A DNA stretch of 64,000 bases from an uncultured Actinomycetota bacterium (lineage in GTDB: Bacteria; Actinomycetota; Actinomycetes; Actinomycetales; Cellulomonadaceae). Shown here piece by piece: positions 23,983-33,507 of the stretch; position 1 is the first letter of the stretch, and the number at the start of each line of letters is the position of its first letter. The stretch is from the NCBI GenBank assembly GCA_963850545.1, contig CAWKLP010000002.1:1501934-1565933 (forward strand). The letters run 5' to 3'. Made by a program: the position numbers and the translations under genes. Under the pieces are notes generated by a model. It was not told where the DNA came from. It saw only the letters and a program-made list of their open reading frames with translations, and did no database searches.

Positions 23983-25066
23983 CGGCGTGACCCTGCGCTC
24001 CGGCTGGCTTCTTGCGCCGGAGCGCAGGGTGCCGCTTGTGGTGCGCGGTGTGAACCCCGGTGCACAGGTGGTCGAGGCGTTCGGTCGCGTGGTGCAGACG
24101 CGCGAGGTCGCCGCTGTTCGCGCGTGCGGAGAGAGCGTCGACGTCGGCGCGGTCGATCCACTCGTCCAGGTCGGCGACTACCTCGGCGAGTGGTCGTGCC
24201 GCATCTGGCGTCGTGGATCGATCACGGTCGTCGGGTGCGGGTGTCTTGGAGCGTGGCTTGCGTGGTCGGGCGAGCGCGGCCTTCGCGACGGCGGCCAGAT
24301 CAGCGGGATCGTCCTGCGCGTCGTCTGCTGAGGGAGCGGCGCTGGTGGCGTCGCGTTCAGTAATTGCCGCTCGAATCTGCTTCCACTGCTTCTCCGGGGA
24401 GGCGCCGTTGGTGGTGATGTCGTGCCAGGCGGTCTCGGCCATGGCGCGGATGTGGGCCGGCATGTCGGGGTCGTCGCGGGTGTCCTTGATCCGTCCGGTG
24501 TGTTCGAGGCGGGTGTAGGACTTGGCACCGGTGACCATCTGAGCGGCCTTGGCGCGTGCATCACCGTGCCGGGCAGGCAGGGTGTTCTGGCCCGGTCCCG
24601 CCGATTCGGCGGGACCGTTGTTGTCCCCTTTGCCCTCCCCCTTCGGGTCACCAAGGTTTTGGTCCTGGGCGGTGTGGAAGCGGGTGGCGTTCTGTCGGAG
24701 GGCGGCCTGTTCGGACTCGATGGTCTTGTACTCGCGGTACAGCTCTTCGGCGGCCTGAAGCGGCAGGGGCTCGCGGATCGTGTTCTCGTCGTGCTCGGCG
24801 ATTACGTCGCGCAGTCCGGCTGTGGCTCGGCGAACGAACACCGGCACGGTCTTCCAGGCGAGCAGCTTGACGGCTTCCAAGCGTCGCCACCCGCACAGCA
24901 GCAGGCCATCAGGGGTGACGGTCAGGGGGCAGAGCAGCCCGTTACGCGCGATCGAGTCGCAGAGCGCCGACAAGTCTCCGACCTCGCGCCGGTGCCGTGG
25001 CCCGACGGTGATGGAGTCGATCGCACGGTCCATCCGCAGCCCGTCGCTGAGGTCGTCATGCGGCAT
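23954..25066 (-). CDS. ParB/Srx N-terminal domain protein
   Basis: SIARNGLLCPLTVTPDGLLLCGWRRLEA; followed by a putative HTH and a low-complexity tail. Confidence 0.8.
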   Translation of the reverse strand: MPHDDLSDGLRMDRAIDSITVGPRHRREVGDLSALCDSIARNGLLCPLTVTPDGLLLCGWRRLEAVKLLAWKTVPVFVRRATAGLRDVIAEHDENTIREPLPLQAAEELYREYKTIESEQAALRQNATRFHTAQDQNLGDPKGEGKGDNNGPAESAGPGQNTLPARHGDARAKAAQMVTGAKSYTRLEHTGRIKDTRDDPDMPAHIRAMAETAWHDITTNGASPEKQWKQIRAAITERDATSAAPSADDAQDDPADLAAVAKAALARPRKPRSKTPAPDDRDRSTTPDAARPLAEVVADLDEWIDRADVDALSARANSGDLARLHHATERLDHLCTGVHTAHHKRHPALRRKKPAGAQGHAVNEEQPPLW

Positions 25067-26039
25067 GTCCGGCCTCCCGCTGGTCGAGGTGGCGTGGCGG
25101 GGTCAGGTCGTGCGCGTCCTGCGTGATCACCTGGTGCGCGGTGTCGCCGGCAAGGAGGCGGTGCAGCAGGCCGTCCCGGGTCCGGGTGCCCAGTACGGCC
25201 GAGACGAGGCGGGTCCAGGTGCGCCGGTCGACGTCCAGCGCTGCCACCGGTTGGCGGTCCTTGCGCAGCCGCTCGCGCGCGGCAGCGACGCCACCGGCCA
25301 CGGTCAGGGTCGTGGTGATGTGCTCGAGCCCGAGCCGGGCCACGTCGTTCGGCCACCCGACCGCGACGAGGACCGCGACCGTCGCCCGGGTCGCGGCCCG
25401 GACCTGACCCACGACCAGGGCTGTGGCCGGGTCTAGATCGTCGGCCGCCGCGGAGTCATGACGCGTGGTGGCCAGGGCCAGTTCGAGCCAGGGCGCCGGT
25501 TCGGCACCCGGAGTCGGCGTCGGGGCGGAAGGGTCACCGATACGCCAGGCCGGTGGCAGGTCGGTGCGAGCCATCACACGACGGGCACGATCCCGGGAGC
25601 ACAGCAGTTCGTCGGCACGGGCCTCGGCCCGCAGAGTGCGGGTCACCGCCGTGGTCACCACCGCCCACGGGTTCTCCGCACGCCGAACAGCCCGGTTGCG
25701 GAGCGCTTCAAAGGCCGCGACAGCCGCATCGTGCGAGGAGAGGTGATGCTTGCGCGCCAGATTCCGGTAGCGATCGGCGCAATGCAGCAACAGCTCTGCG
25801 GCCTCCGGGACGGTTGCCCAGGGCCGATCCCCTGCCTGGGCAAGGCGATTGAGCAGCGCCCGGAGTCCTTCTGGAGTGGCGAACGACGGACGAGCCTCGG
25901 TGAGCTCTGGGCCCTTCCGACCAGCGGGAGCAGGTACGGCGGGGTCGTCGGGGCGCGGTAGAACCTTGGCGGGTCCCGGTTCGGGGTGACGGTCCGGCCC
26001 TGCCGTCCGGACTGCGCCCGTCGTGTCGTCGCTCATCAT
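25056..26039 (-). CDS. Conserved hypothetical protein of actinobacterial integrative elements
   Basis: FATPEGLRALL...AAVAAFEAL...NPWAVVTTAV...DELLC; stop overlaps the ParB-like start. Family recognised from memory only. Confidence 0.6.
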   Translation of the reverse strand: MMSDDTTGAVRTAGPDRHPEPGPAKVLPRPDDPAVPAPAGRKGPELTEARPSFATPEGLRALLNRLAQAGDRPWATVPEAAELLLHCADRYRNLARKHHLSSHDAAVAAFEALRNRAVRRAENPWAVVTTAVTRTLRAEARADELLCSRDRARRVMARTDLPPAWRIGDPSAPTPTPGAEPAPWLELALATTRHDSAAADDLDPATALVVGQVRAATRATVAVLVAVGWPNDVARLGLEHITTTLTVAGGVAAARERLRKDRQPVAALDVDRRTWTRLVSAVLGTRTRDGLLHRLLAGDTAHQVITQDAHDLTPPRHLDQREAGHAA

Positions 26040-26106
26040 CAGTCGCCAGCCGCAGCACACGTCGCGAGCCACGGCATGTGCACCACGGTACGTCTCAGAA
26101 CACTAA

Positions 26107-26123
26107 TGTGCAATACCTGCACA
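26107..26123. promoter_or_regulatory. Candidate operator between divergent genes
   Basis: TGTGCA-ATACC-TGCACA inverted repeat in an AT-richer intergenic segment. Confidence 0.45.
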
Positions 26124-26167
26124 ACTGACTTCCGACTGTTGTGATCGCACACTCTGGGGATAGCCTG

Positions 26168-27199
26168 ATGCGCATGGGACATCCGAGCGTGCCTGAGCGC
26201 CCCGACCTGGGCGCCCGCCCCGACCATGCTGGCGAGGCGTGGTCGAGTTCCTGGACTGCGGGGATCGGCGAGCGGCTTCGGTCCGCACGCCTGAACGCAG
26301 GGCTCTCGACGCAGCAGGTCGCCGACCGGACCACCGCGCTCGGCTACCCCATGGCACGCGCGAGCATCGCGAACCTGGAAACCAGGCCCCGGGAGAAGAT
26401 CTACCTCCAGGACGTCACCGTGCTCGCTGCCGCGCTCAGGGTCTCCCCGGTAGAGATCCTGTACCCGTTGGAGGTCAACACCGTCCCCGCCGCCACGCCC
26501 ACACCCGTCGGTGTGATCCGGCGTGGCGTGCTGAAGAACACCAGCACGCAGGTCCTTCCCGGCCGAACCGAACGAGCCCCAGCCGCCGCAGCCTGGTTCA
26601 CCGGCGGATACGGACGAGTCCTCGAAGCACGCCTCGCGGCCATCACCGCCTACGGCAAGTACGAAGCCCGCTTCCAACTCCTAGCGATGCTCCACGAGGA
26701 AGAGAAGGCCGGCACGCTGGCCGCCCGAGCGGAGTCAGTCGGAGCGCCCACGCCTGCCGAGTTCATGAACGTGCTGTGGATGGAGGTCTACGACCTCGCG
26801 CGCTGGGCTTTGGATGCAATCACCACCTACGAACAGCTCGCAGCCAAGGTCGCCGACAGCAGGCCCGCCGTCGGCGACGAGCAACGCTCGCTCGCCGAGC
26901 GTGGAGCCGCGACGCCTCCGCCCGGATACATCGAAGACCCGTACGACCGGCCTGACGTGCGCGGAGTGCTGACCATCGGCGCGCCCGAACCGGGAGCGAC
27001 ACCGTTCTACCTCCAGGACGACCCCGAAGACCGCTGGACCCCACCCGACCTCACCCGGCCGGCCACAGCGTTCGAGACTGCCTCGCAGGACCCGCCGCGT
27101 CGGGCAGGGCCCAAGCGGCAGTACGCCGAGCCCGCCGCGACGCCCGCCGGTCCGACGCGACGGCGAGAAGACCGAGGCATCGACGCGCCTGGACTGTAA
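26168..27199 (+). CDS. Xre-family HTH regulator (element repressor-like)
   Basis: RLRSARLNAGLSTQQVADRT...RASIANLE...LAAALRVSPVEIL. Confidence 0.75.
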   Translation: MRMGHPSVPERPDLGARPDHAGEAWSSSWTAGIGERLRSARLNAGLSTQQVADRTTALGYPMARASIANLETRPREKIYLQDVTVLAAALRVSPVEILYPLEVNTVPAATPTPVGVIRRGVLKNTSTQVLPGRTERAPAAAAWFTGGYGRVLEARLAAITAYGKYEARFQLLAMLHEEEKAGTLAARAESVGAPTPAEFMNVLWMEVYDLARWALDAITTYEQLAAKVADSRPAVGDEQRSLAERGAATPPPGYIEDPYDRPDVRGVLTIGAPEPGATPFYLQDDPEDRWTPPDLTRPATAFETASQDPPRRAGPKRQYAEPAATPAGPTRRREDRGIDAPGL

Positions 27200-27374
27200 T
27201 GCGCTGCATCGAGTGTGAGTGCGTAGCTCCGGCCATGAAACCCAAAGGGTGGTCTGCGTGACGTTGCAAGTGGACCGATCACGGTGCCGCTACGACGCGC
27301 CAAATCGCGCCCGAACCCGCATGGACGTGCGGGTTCGGGGGCCGGATCGGTGCCGGGCAGGCGCCCGCTCTGCG

Positions 27375-28052
27375 CTAGATAGAACGCGCCCATTCCTTCA
27401 CCTGGGCACGCAGTTCCATCCGGACCTCGCTGCGCACCTGGGCATCGGAAAGACGATCGCGCCGAGTCTCGCCGCGCGGCCCCTCGCTCAGCCATGCCTC
27501 GACCGTTTCGCGAGCAGTCGCTGCGGGCATGCCAGCCTCAACGAGGTCGCTGACTGCGTCACCGAACAGGTCCGCCTCGTCAAACGGCCCGGAAATCATC
27601 TCGTTGATCAAGTCGGTGGGCACGACCACTCTCGTGAGGTGGTTGGCCCATCGCTGCACGAGGAGGTTTACCCCTCGTTGCGAGAGAATCGCAACCCGCT
27701 CCGCATTCTCAGCTTCGCTGGCATCCAGCAGCTCGATCTCCTCGAACTCGATAACCCGATCGTCCTGCCCATCGAACTTTGGCAGGAACATGCGGCGCTG
27801 ATGCAGCCTCCAATCCGAAGGCACGCCCGACGTCCATTCGTGCACCGTTGCGGCCATGAGTCGTGGGGCAAGCACCGGCCCCCGACGCATCGAGCAAGGA
27901 TGCTGAACCAGCGCGACTGTACGTTCTGCTCCGAAGACGAGGACGTCACCAGTGAACAACGGGCGTTCACGCAGTTCTGCGATATCAACCCCTCGTGCCT
28001 GGTAGAGCCTCGCTGGATCCCCGGGGTTCTCCAGATCATGCTCAGCGGACAA
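27375..28052 (-). CDS. Hypothetical protein, third gene of the TIGR04255-like operon (possible toxin/effector)
   Basis: LFTGDVL...QHPCSMRRG...FLP...LSQRGVNLLVQRW...RVVVP; TTG start 3 nt after the reconstructed upstream stop. Confidence 0.6.
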   Translation of the reverse strand: MSAEHDLENPGDPARLYQARGVDIAELRERPLFTGDVLVFGAERTVALVQHPCSMRRGPVLAPRLMAATVHEWTSGVPSDWRLHQRRMFLPKFDGQDDRVIEFEEIELLDASEAENAERVAILSQRGVNLLVQRWANHLTRVVVPTDLINEMISGPFDEADLFGDAVSDLVEAGMPAATARETVEAWLSEGPRGETRRDRLSDAQVRSEVRMELRAQVKEWARSI

Positions 28053-28066
28053 CAGTCACGCCCTTA

Positions 28067-29058
28067 GAGATCGCGCGGGTAGGGCGTCGAGGTCGCTGGG
28101 GTGGAGTGTCGCGGGTTAGGGGCGTCGGGCGGGTCGTTGGTTCCAGCGGTGGGTCTTCCATGCCTCGCGGATCAGTCGTCGGGTGACGATGATCGCGTTG
28201 ATCAGGGCGAGGAATGCCTCGATCACGACGGTGCGGCGTTCGGTGCAGATCACGACGATGTTGAAGCCGCGGCTGTTCCAGGAGTTGGTACGTTCTACGA
28301 CCCACCGTCGGGTGTGGTTGATCGGGACGACCTCGCCCTTGGGCTGGATATGACCATCGAACCCGAGCTCGTCGAGCAGCTCGCGGGTGACGTTGCTGTC
28401 GTAGCCGGCGTCCAGGTGCAGGCGCATCTGGTCGGGCAGGTCGAACCCGAACCGGGACAGCTTCTCCAGGGTGGGGCGCAGCAGCGGGGAGTCGTGCCGG
28501 TTCGCTCCGGCGATCACGCAGCCGAGCTGGATACCCCGCTTCTCGGTCAGGCGCGACCACTTGATGCCCAGCTTTCTGCGGTCGACCGGGGACTTCCCGG
28601 CGGCCTGGCCGCCTGCCGGGGCCTTGGTGATCTGCCCGTCGACGCTCACGTCACCGAGCTCGAGCCCGACGATCTTGTCGTAGGCGTCCAGCACGATCTG
28701 CTCCAGCCGCTGGAACACTCCCGCGGCGATCCACTCGTCACGACGGGTCCGGATCGTGGTCGCCGAGCACGTGGCATCGGCGTGCTTCTTGTAGGAGCCG
28801 CTGAAGACCAGCTTTGCCACGATTTTGTCGAACACCACCCTGTCCGGGATGCGCGGGTTGTGACATCCCAACGGGTGATCGTCGTGATGCGCGGGCAGGA
28901 GGGCGGCGAACTGGACCCACAAGGGGTCGATCGCCCATGCTTCAACAGCAGGCACCGGGGACTCCGTGTTCAGATGTAGATCTAGGCAATCCACATCAAA
29001 CCGGACACCCGGTGCCTGCGTCACATCACCCGACCCGCACACCTACCCGCGCGATCTC
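28067..29058. mobile_element. IS5-family insertion sequence (992 bp)
   Basis: Perfect 17-bp terminal inverted repeats GAGATCGCGCGGGTAGG; TTA target duplication at 28064-28066 and 29059-29061. Confidence 0.93.
28116..28955 (-). CDS. IS5-family DDE transposase
   Basis: HPLGCHNPRIPDR, VDGQITKAP, HLDAGYD, RWVVERTNSW. Confidence 0.9.
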   Translation of the reverse strand: MPAVEAWAIDPLWVQFAALLPAHHDDHPLGCHNPRIPDRVVFDKIVAKLVFSGSYKKHADATCSATTIRTRRDEWIAAGVFQRLEQIVLDAYDKIVGLELGDVSVDGQITKAPAGGQAAGKSPVDRRKLGIKWSRLTEKRGIQLGCVIAGANRHDSPLLRPTLEKLSRFGFDLPDQMRLHLDAGYDSNVTRELLDELGFDGHIQPKGEVVPINHTRRWVVERTNSWNSRGFNIVVICTERRTVVIEAFLALINAIIVTRRLIREAWKTHRWNQRPARRP

Positions 29059-29698
29059 TTAGTCGGATCGACGGCACACCATCAGCCGCGGTGAAGACCT
29101 CGAACCGGTCTTCTACGCGCGTCGTGTGCCAACTGGGGTCGAACTCGTCGAGGACATCGTTCGCGGTCTCGACGGGCGAGTGTTCATCGTTCGCAAGTTC
29201 GAGCACCAGGTCGTAGCGGCCCGCTATGAGCAGGTCAAGCGCACTGACCGACACGCCCTGGCGGATCGGGACTTCAAGCCACGACACCGGCTCGCTGATC
29301 ATGTTGTCGCGCAGGTACGCCAGTAATGCGACGATGCCGGCAAGCTTGAGGCGGTTCGCACCAGTGATCCCTTCACCACGGCGCCACTTCTGTACCGCTG
29401 CGACGCTCACTCCCACCATGCGCGCAACGTCGCGCCATGCCATGCCCTGCTCGCCGAGCTGGTCCAGTAGGTACTGACCATCATGGTTGGCCTCGGCACG
29501 CTGACGGTCTTCCCAGTGATGCTGAAGCGTCGCCCTTCTCAGGCCCGCAGCCTGTGGACCGAGGTTGCGGACTGAGCGGTGAAGTTCGGCAGCATCGGCC
29601 AGGACCGAAGCGCTCTGCGTCCGCGTGATACGGACGCCCGAGAACGGAGCAACGGCACCAGTCTGAACGTCGCCGATGAGGTCGGTGTCACTCTGCAT
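29021..29698 (-). CDS. Xre HTH protein with MbcA/ParS-like C-terminal domain (antitoxin-like); C-terminus altered by the IS
   Basis: GMAWRDVARMVGVSVAAVQKWRRG HTH; SWLEVPI...SALDLLIAGRYDLVL; last residues are read from the IS end. Confidence 0.65.
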   Translation of the reverse strand: MQSDTDLIGDVQTGAVAPFSGVRITRTQSASVLADAAELHRSVRNLGPQAAGLRRATLQHHWEDRQRAEANHDGQYLLDQLGEQGMAWRDVARMVGVSVAAVQKWRRGEGITGANRLKLAGIVALLAYLRDNMISEPVSWLEVPIRQGVSVSALDLLIAGRYDLVLELANDEHSPVETANDVLDEFDPSWHTTRVEDRFEVFTAADGVPSIRLRDRAGRCAGRVM

Positions 29699-30500
29699 CG
29701 AGCACCTCCGTACGTAGTCGGTCAGTTAGCGAAGCCTCAAACAACTGCTTGACGAAGCGATGCATCACATCGGCCTTGCCAAGCACCTCGCTTGGGTCGA
29801 GGGCTGGGATCTCCTCCCCCGGCCCAGGTGTCCAGCCTGCGTCACTATCGATCAGGAAGAACGGTCCAACTGGATGAGCGTCTGGCCGCGCCAACACTGT
29901 GGCCCCAACCGAGGTGGCGGCAACCACAGCCCCATAACGGAGCGTGACTAGGACGTTCGGCACATCCGTTGCGTACTGGATCGTCGCTTGTTGCTGCTGT
30001 ACACGTAGATTCTGCCCGGATTCATCCAAGATCGGGGGCGCTAGCTTCGAGTTCACCCACGTGGACCAGTCGGGGGTTTGGTCCGGCACGCGCACCTCGT
30101 CGATGTAACGCAGTCCGATCCGCTCGACGCCGTCGACCGGAGCGATGTCCATGCGCGCGGACAGCACGGTATGGGCAAGCTGGAGCAGATCTCCCCAGGT
30201 GTCGTACTTGGTGGTCTCAATCGTGATCGAGTTCGGGTTGAAGGTGACTCCGAGACGCTTATCGCGGGTCGTGAAGCGCACGACGGGCTCTGAGCGCACC
30301 TGAGAGCCGCTTGACTGTGTACCCGAGACGGCGAACTCAACACTGTTGATGACGCCCCTCTCGGACAGCGGGAGCACCTTCAAGAGCGCCGCCTTGAGCC
30401 CAGCCTCTTCGCCACGGCTCAGGGACGGTGCAGCAGGATGCGTGACCTGGAGGATGACGAGCTCCAGCGGCGCGTTTCGGTACTTCGTAGACTCCGGCAC
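29688..30500 (-). CDS. TIGR04255-family protein (function unknown)
   Basis: N-terminal YRNAPLELVILQV, central ERIGLRYIDEV, late FFLIDSD; stop overlaps the next start by 11 nt. Confidence 0.7.
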   Translation of the reverse strand: MPESTKYRNAPLELVILQVTHPAAPSLSRGEEAGLKAALLKVLPLSERGVINSVEFAVSGTQSSGSQVRSEPVVRFTTRDKRLGVTFNPNSITIETTKYDTWGDLLQLAHTVLSARMDIAPVDGVERIGLRYIDEVRVPDQTPDWSTWVNSKLAPPILDESGQNLRVQQQQATIQYATDVPNVLVTLRYGAVVAATSVGATVLARPDAHPVGPFFLIDSDAGWTPGPGEEIPALDPSEVLGKADVMHRFVKQLFEASLTDRLRTEVLDAE

Positions 30501-30815
30501 ACAAGCCACGATACCGAAACGACAACCGAAGTAAACACTTGGGGGGGAGTAAGTTCGCGAAGGTGCCGAAGCCCACGTGAGCCCTGGCCGCGCCACACTT
30601 CAGGGCCGGACGGCTCGCCAGCAACCAGAAGCGGATGCGGGCACATTCGGCTAGATGCGTCCGGATCGAGATTCACCAGGAGGGCGGCTTGCCCAGAGCG
30701 GGGGCGACGGCCGCCATCGTTCGGCTACGTCCGGACGCAACCGGCTGGGTTGGGACAGTTGGTGGGGCCAGTGGACGAGAGGCCCGTGAACGGCGCGCGG
30801 CTTCGTGCGAGATGC

Positions 30816-31721
30816 TCATCCGACCTGCGCCCCATTGTCGGACACGGCGTCAGGGACAAGTCGCATGTAGAAAGTGCTCAGCTCAGTCTTGAGGACCATG
30901 CTCGACAGCCCGTCCCGGCGGGCCTCTTCTCGAACCTCCTCGATCCGGCGCCTGCGGGCTTCCCAGTCCTTGCGTGGCCAAAGTGCCGGTGTCGCCTGTC
31001 CGAAGGCGAGTCTCCCGCTGGGGTACTCGCGCACAACCTTCTCGGTTGCCTCCACGTTGGTCGCGAGCAGGCTGTGCAGAGCCGCTTCCATGCGGAACAG
31101 GTCGATGGACTCGCGACCGAACACGAGCAGACCCGGGAATGGTGCAAAGTGCCGGACGCCCTCGTGCCTGGCCGTGACGCCCCTGCTCTTGGCCTCGTCC
31201 TCCGAGAGCGACACGAAGTAGAGCTCCTCCGAGATGTACCAGTCACTGAGCGACCAGATATCGCCAGCAGTGACGAGAGAGTCGATGCGTTCGTCGATGT
31301 GCTCGTAGCTGTTCCTCACGTCCGCGACGCCAAGCAGCGGTGAATCGGCTTTGATCTCAAGCAGCTCTCTAAGCCGCTCGCCACGGAGGAGGGCTTGACG
31401 CGCTAGCACCGCCTTGCGCTCGTCAGCCTTTCGATGCTTCTGAGGCTTGGGATCGAGGAACCGGTTCAGGATGATCGCTGCAGTCACGAAGCCCTGAAGT
31501 TCGGCCCACACAGTTAGATCCCTGGCTTCTCGCAGCTTCCGCCAAACAGTGAGGTCAGCCGGCGAACCTTCGAGGGCCCACAGTCGATCAAGGTGATATA
31601 GCGCGATGCGCGCCTGGTGCACACAGCACGAGAGGTAGTAGTCCCAAGCGTGGGTCTCGTCCCCTCGCCGGATTGAAGTCATCGGTGCATACCGCCCGTC
31701 ATGGGGCGTTGGGCTGTCCAT
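30816..31721 (-). CDS. Putative HEPN-like (RxxxxH) protein, possible RNase/Abi
   Basis: Helical protein with VRNSYEHIDERI; atypical codon usage. Confidence 0.5.
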   Translation of the reverse strand: MDSPTPHDGRYAPMTSIRRGDETHAWDYYLSCCVHQARIALYHLDRLWALEGSPADLTVWRKLREARDLTVWAELQGFVTAAIILNRFLDPKPQKHRKADERKAVLARQALLRGERLRELLEIKADSPLLGVADVRNSYEHIDERIDSLVTAGDIWSLSDWYISEELYFVSLSEDEAKSRGVTARHEGVRHFAPFPGLLVFGRESIDLFRMEAALHSLLATNVEATEKVVREYPSGRLAFGQATPALWPRKDWEARRRRIEEVREEARRDGLSSMVLKTELSTFYMRLVPDAVSDNGAQVG

Positions 31722-31929
31722 ACCTCAGCGAATCACCGTGGCAGTTTCGACGCTGAGGCGCCACGCGCTACCAGACTGCGGTTCACCCGCATGCGCCGTA
31801 GCCGCCCTTAGCAGTCCTGCCCTCCTCGCCACCGAGGCTCCCTGCGCGGTCACCACGAGGGGACCTGCGCCCTCAAGCCCGTCAGGAACCCGGTGGCACC
31901 CGACGCGGCTGGTGTGACACGGTGTCGCC

Positions 31930-33507
31930 GTGACCTCGGGCAGCGTGATCGATGCGTACACCAGCGAGCAGGTGCAGACGGCCGTAGCAGGCGCCTTGGC
32001 GGTTGCGCGCAGTGAGGACGAGCTGATCCGGAGGGCTTCGTTCGGCCTGGCGCAGGTGTGTCTGACAGAGCTGCGGGACAGATTCGGATCGGCGCATGGA
32101 CGTACCGCCATTCTCTTTGTCGGCACGGGCAAGAACGGCGCGGACGCGATGGTCGCGGGCAAGCATCTGCGTGAGCGTGGCGTCGCGGTGCACGCGGTCG
32201 CGACCAGCGGCCACGTGGATGCGATCGGGACGCGTCATCTCGACGTCCCGGTCATCGACGCGACCGATGCAGCGGGGCTCAAGCAGGCTCTCGATCTACT
32301 CGCGGGCGCGGACATGGTGGTCGACGGAATCGTCGGCGACGCGATGGTCGGAAGCCTGCGCGCTCCTGCGTGCACCCTCGTGGAGACGATTCCGGACACC
32401 GCTCTGGTCGTCGCTGTGGATCTGCCCAGCGGTGTGGACCCAGATTCGGGCGCGATCAGTGGCGTGCACGTGCGGGCGGATGTCACGGTCACGTTCGCGG
32501 CATACAAGCGGTGCCTGCTGCTGCCTCCGGCAGCCCAGGCCGCGGGACGCTTGGTGTTCGTCGACGTCGGGATCTCGCCGCGCCTCGACCCTGCGGGCGA
32601 GGTCCAGCGACTGACTCCGTCGGGTGTCGCTGAGCGTTGGCCAGTGCCGGGACCTGGTGATCACAAGTATTCGCGTGGCCTGCTCGGCATCGTCGCAGGG
32701 TCGGACCGGTACCCGGGCGCAGCGGTACTGGCGTGCCTGGGCGCCTTCGGGACGGGCGTGGGCATCGTCCGGTATACAGGTCCGCGCCATGTGGGCGACC
32801 TGATTCTGCAGCACGTGCCAGAAGCTGAGAGGTTCCCCGGGAAGGTGGACGGCTACCTGCTGGGCTCAGGCGTGCTCGATGACCCAGATCAGGACCGCGC
32901 GATCGATGAAGCTCTGGCGACCGGTTTGCCATGCGTGGTCGACGCCGGGGCCATCGAGACGTGCGTGCGTCGACGAGCAGCGGGCGACCGGCCCACACCG
33001 GGAGATCGCATCTTGCTGACGCCACATGTCGGTGAGTTGGCTGGTTCCCTGGCCGCGTTCGGGTACGAGGCGACGACGACGGACATCCTCCAGCGGCCTT
33101 ATGAGCACGCGCTGCGGGTCGCGGAGGCGGCCGAGGTGACGGTGCTGTTGAAGGGCTCGACCACGATCGTCGTTGGGCCGGATGGTCGAGCATTCAGCCA
33201 GGACGAAGGGCCTGCTTGGCTAGCCACTGCCGGGTCAGGTGATGTGCTGGCTGGGATCGCCGGTGCGCTCACCTCGGCCGGCCTTACCGCGCTGGACATA
33301 GGTGCCATGGCTGCGTTCGTTCACGGCCGCGCGGCACGTATCGCGGCGGACGACGGCCCGCTGCGAGCCAGCCAGATCGCCGAGCACACGCCGACGGCGG
33401 TGCGGGAACTGCTGGCGGAACGAGAAGCGTCGGTCAGGCCGCGAGCAGGCCGCCGCGGCGGGCGAGGCCGTGCACGTGCGGGCGGGCGCGGGCGCGGTCC
33501 CGAATGA
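31930..33507 (+). CDS. nnr: Bifunctional NAD(P)HX epimerase/dehydratase homologue (YjeF/NnrDE)
   Basis: GTGKNGAD, VAVDLPSGV, HKYSRG, TPHVGEL, LLKG, LATAGSGDVLAG. Confidence 0.85.
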   Translation: MTSGSVIDAYTSEQVQTAVAGALAVARSEDELIRRASFGLAQVCLTELRDRFGSAHGRTAILFVGTGKNGADAMVAGKHLRERGVAVHAVATSGHVDAIGTRHLDVPVIDATDAAGLKQALDLLAGADMVVDGIVGDAMVGSLRAPACTLVETIPDTALVVAVDLPSGVDPDSGAISGVHVRADVTVTFAAYKRCLLLPPAAQAAGRLVFVDVGISPRLDPAGEVQRLTPSGVAERWPVPGPGDHKYSRGLLGIVAGSDRYPGAAVLACLGAFGTGVGIVRYTGPRHVGDLILQHVPEAERFPGKVDGYLLGSGVLDDPDQDRAIDEALATGLPCVVDAGAIETCVRRRAAGDRPTPGDRILLTPHVGELAGSLAAFGYEATTTDILQRPYEHALRVAEAAEVTVLLKGSTTIVVGPDGRAFSQDEGPAWLATAGSGDVLAGIAGALTSAGLTALDIGAMAAFVHGRAARIAADDGPLRASQIAEHTPTAVRELLAEREASVRPRAGRRGGRGRARAGGRGRGPE

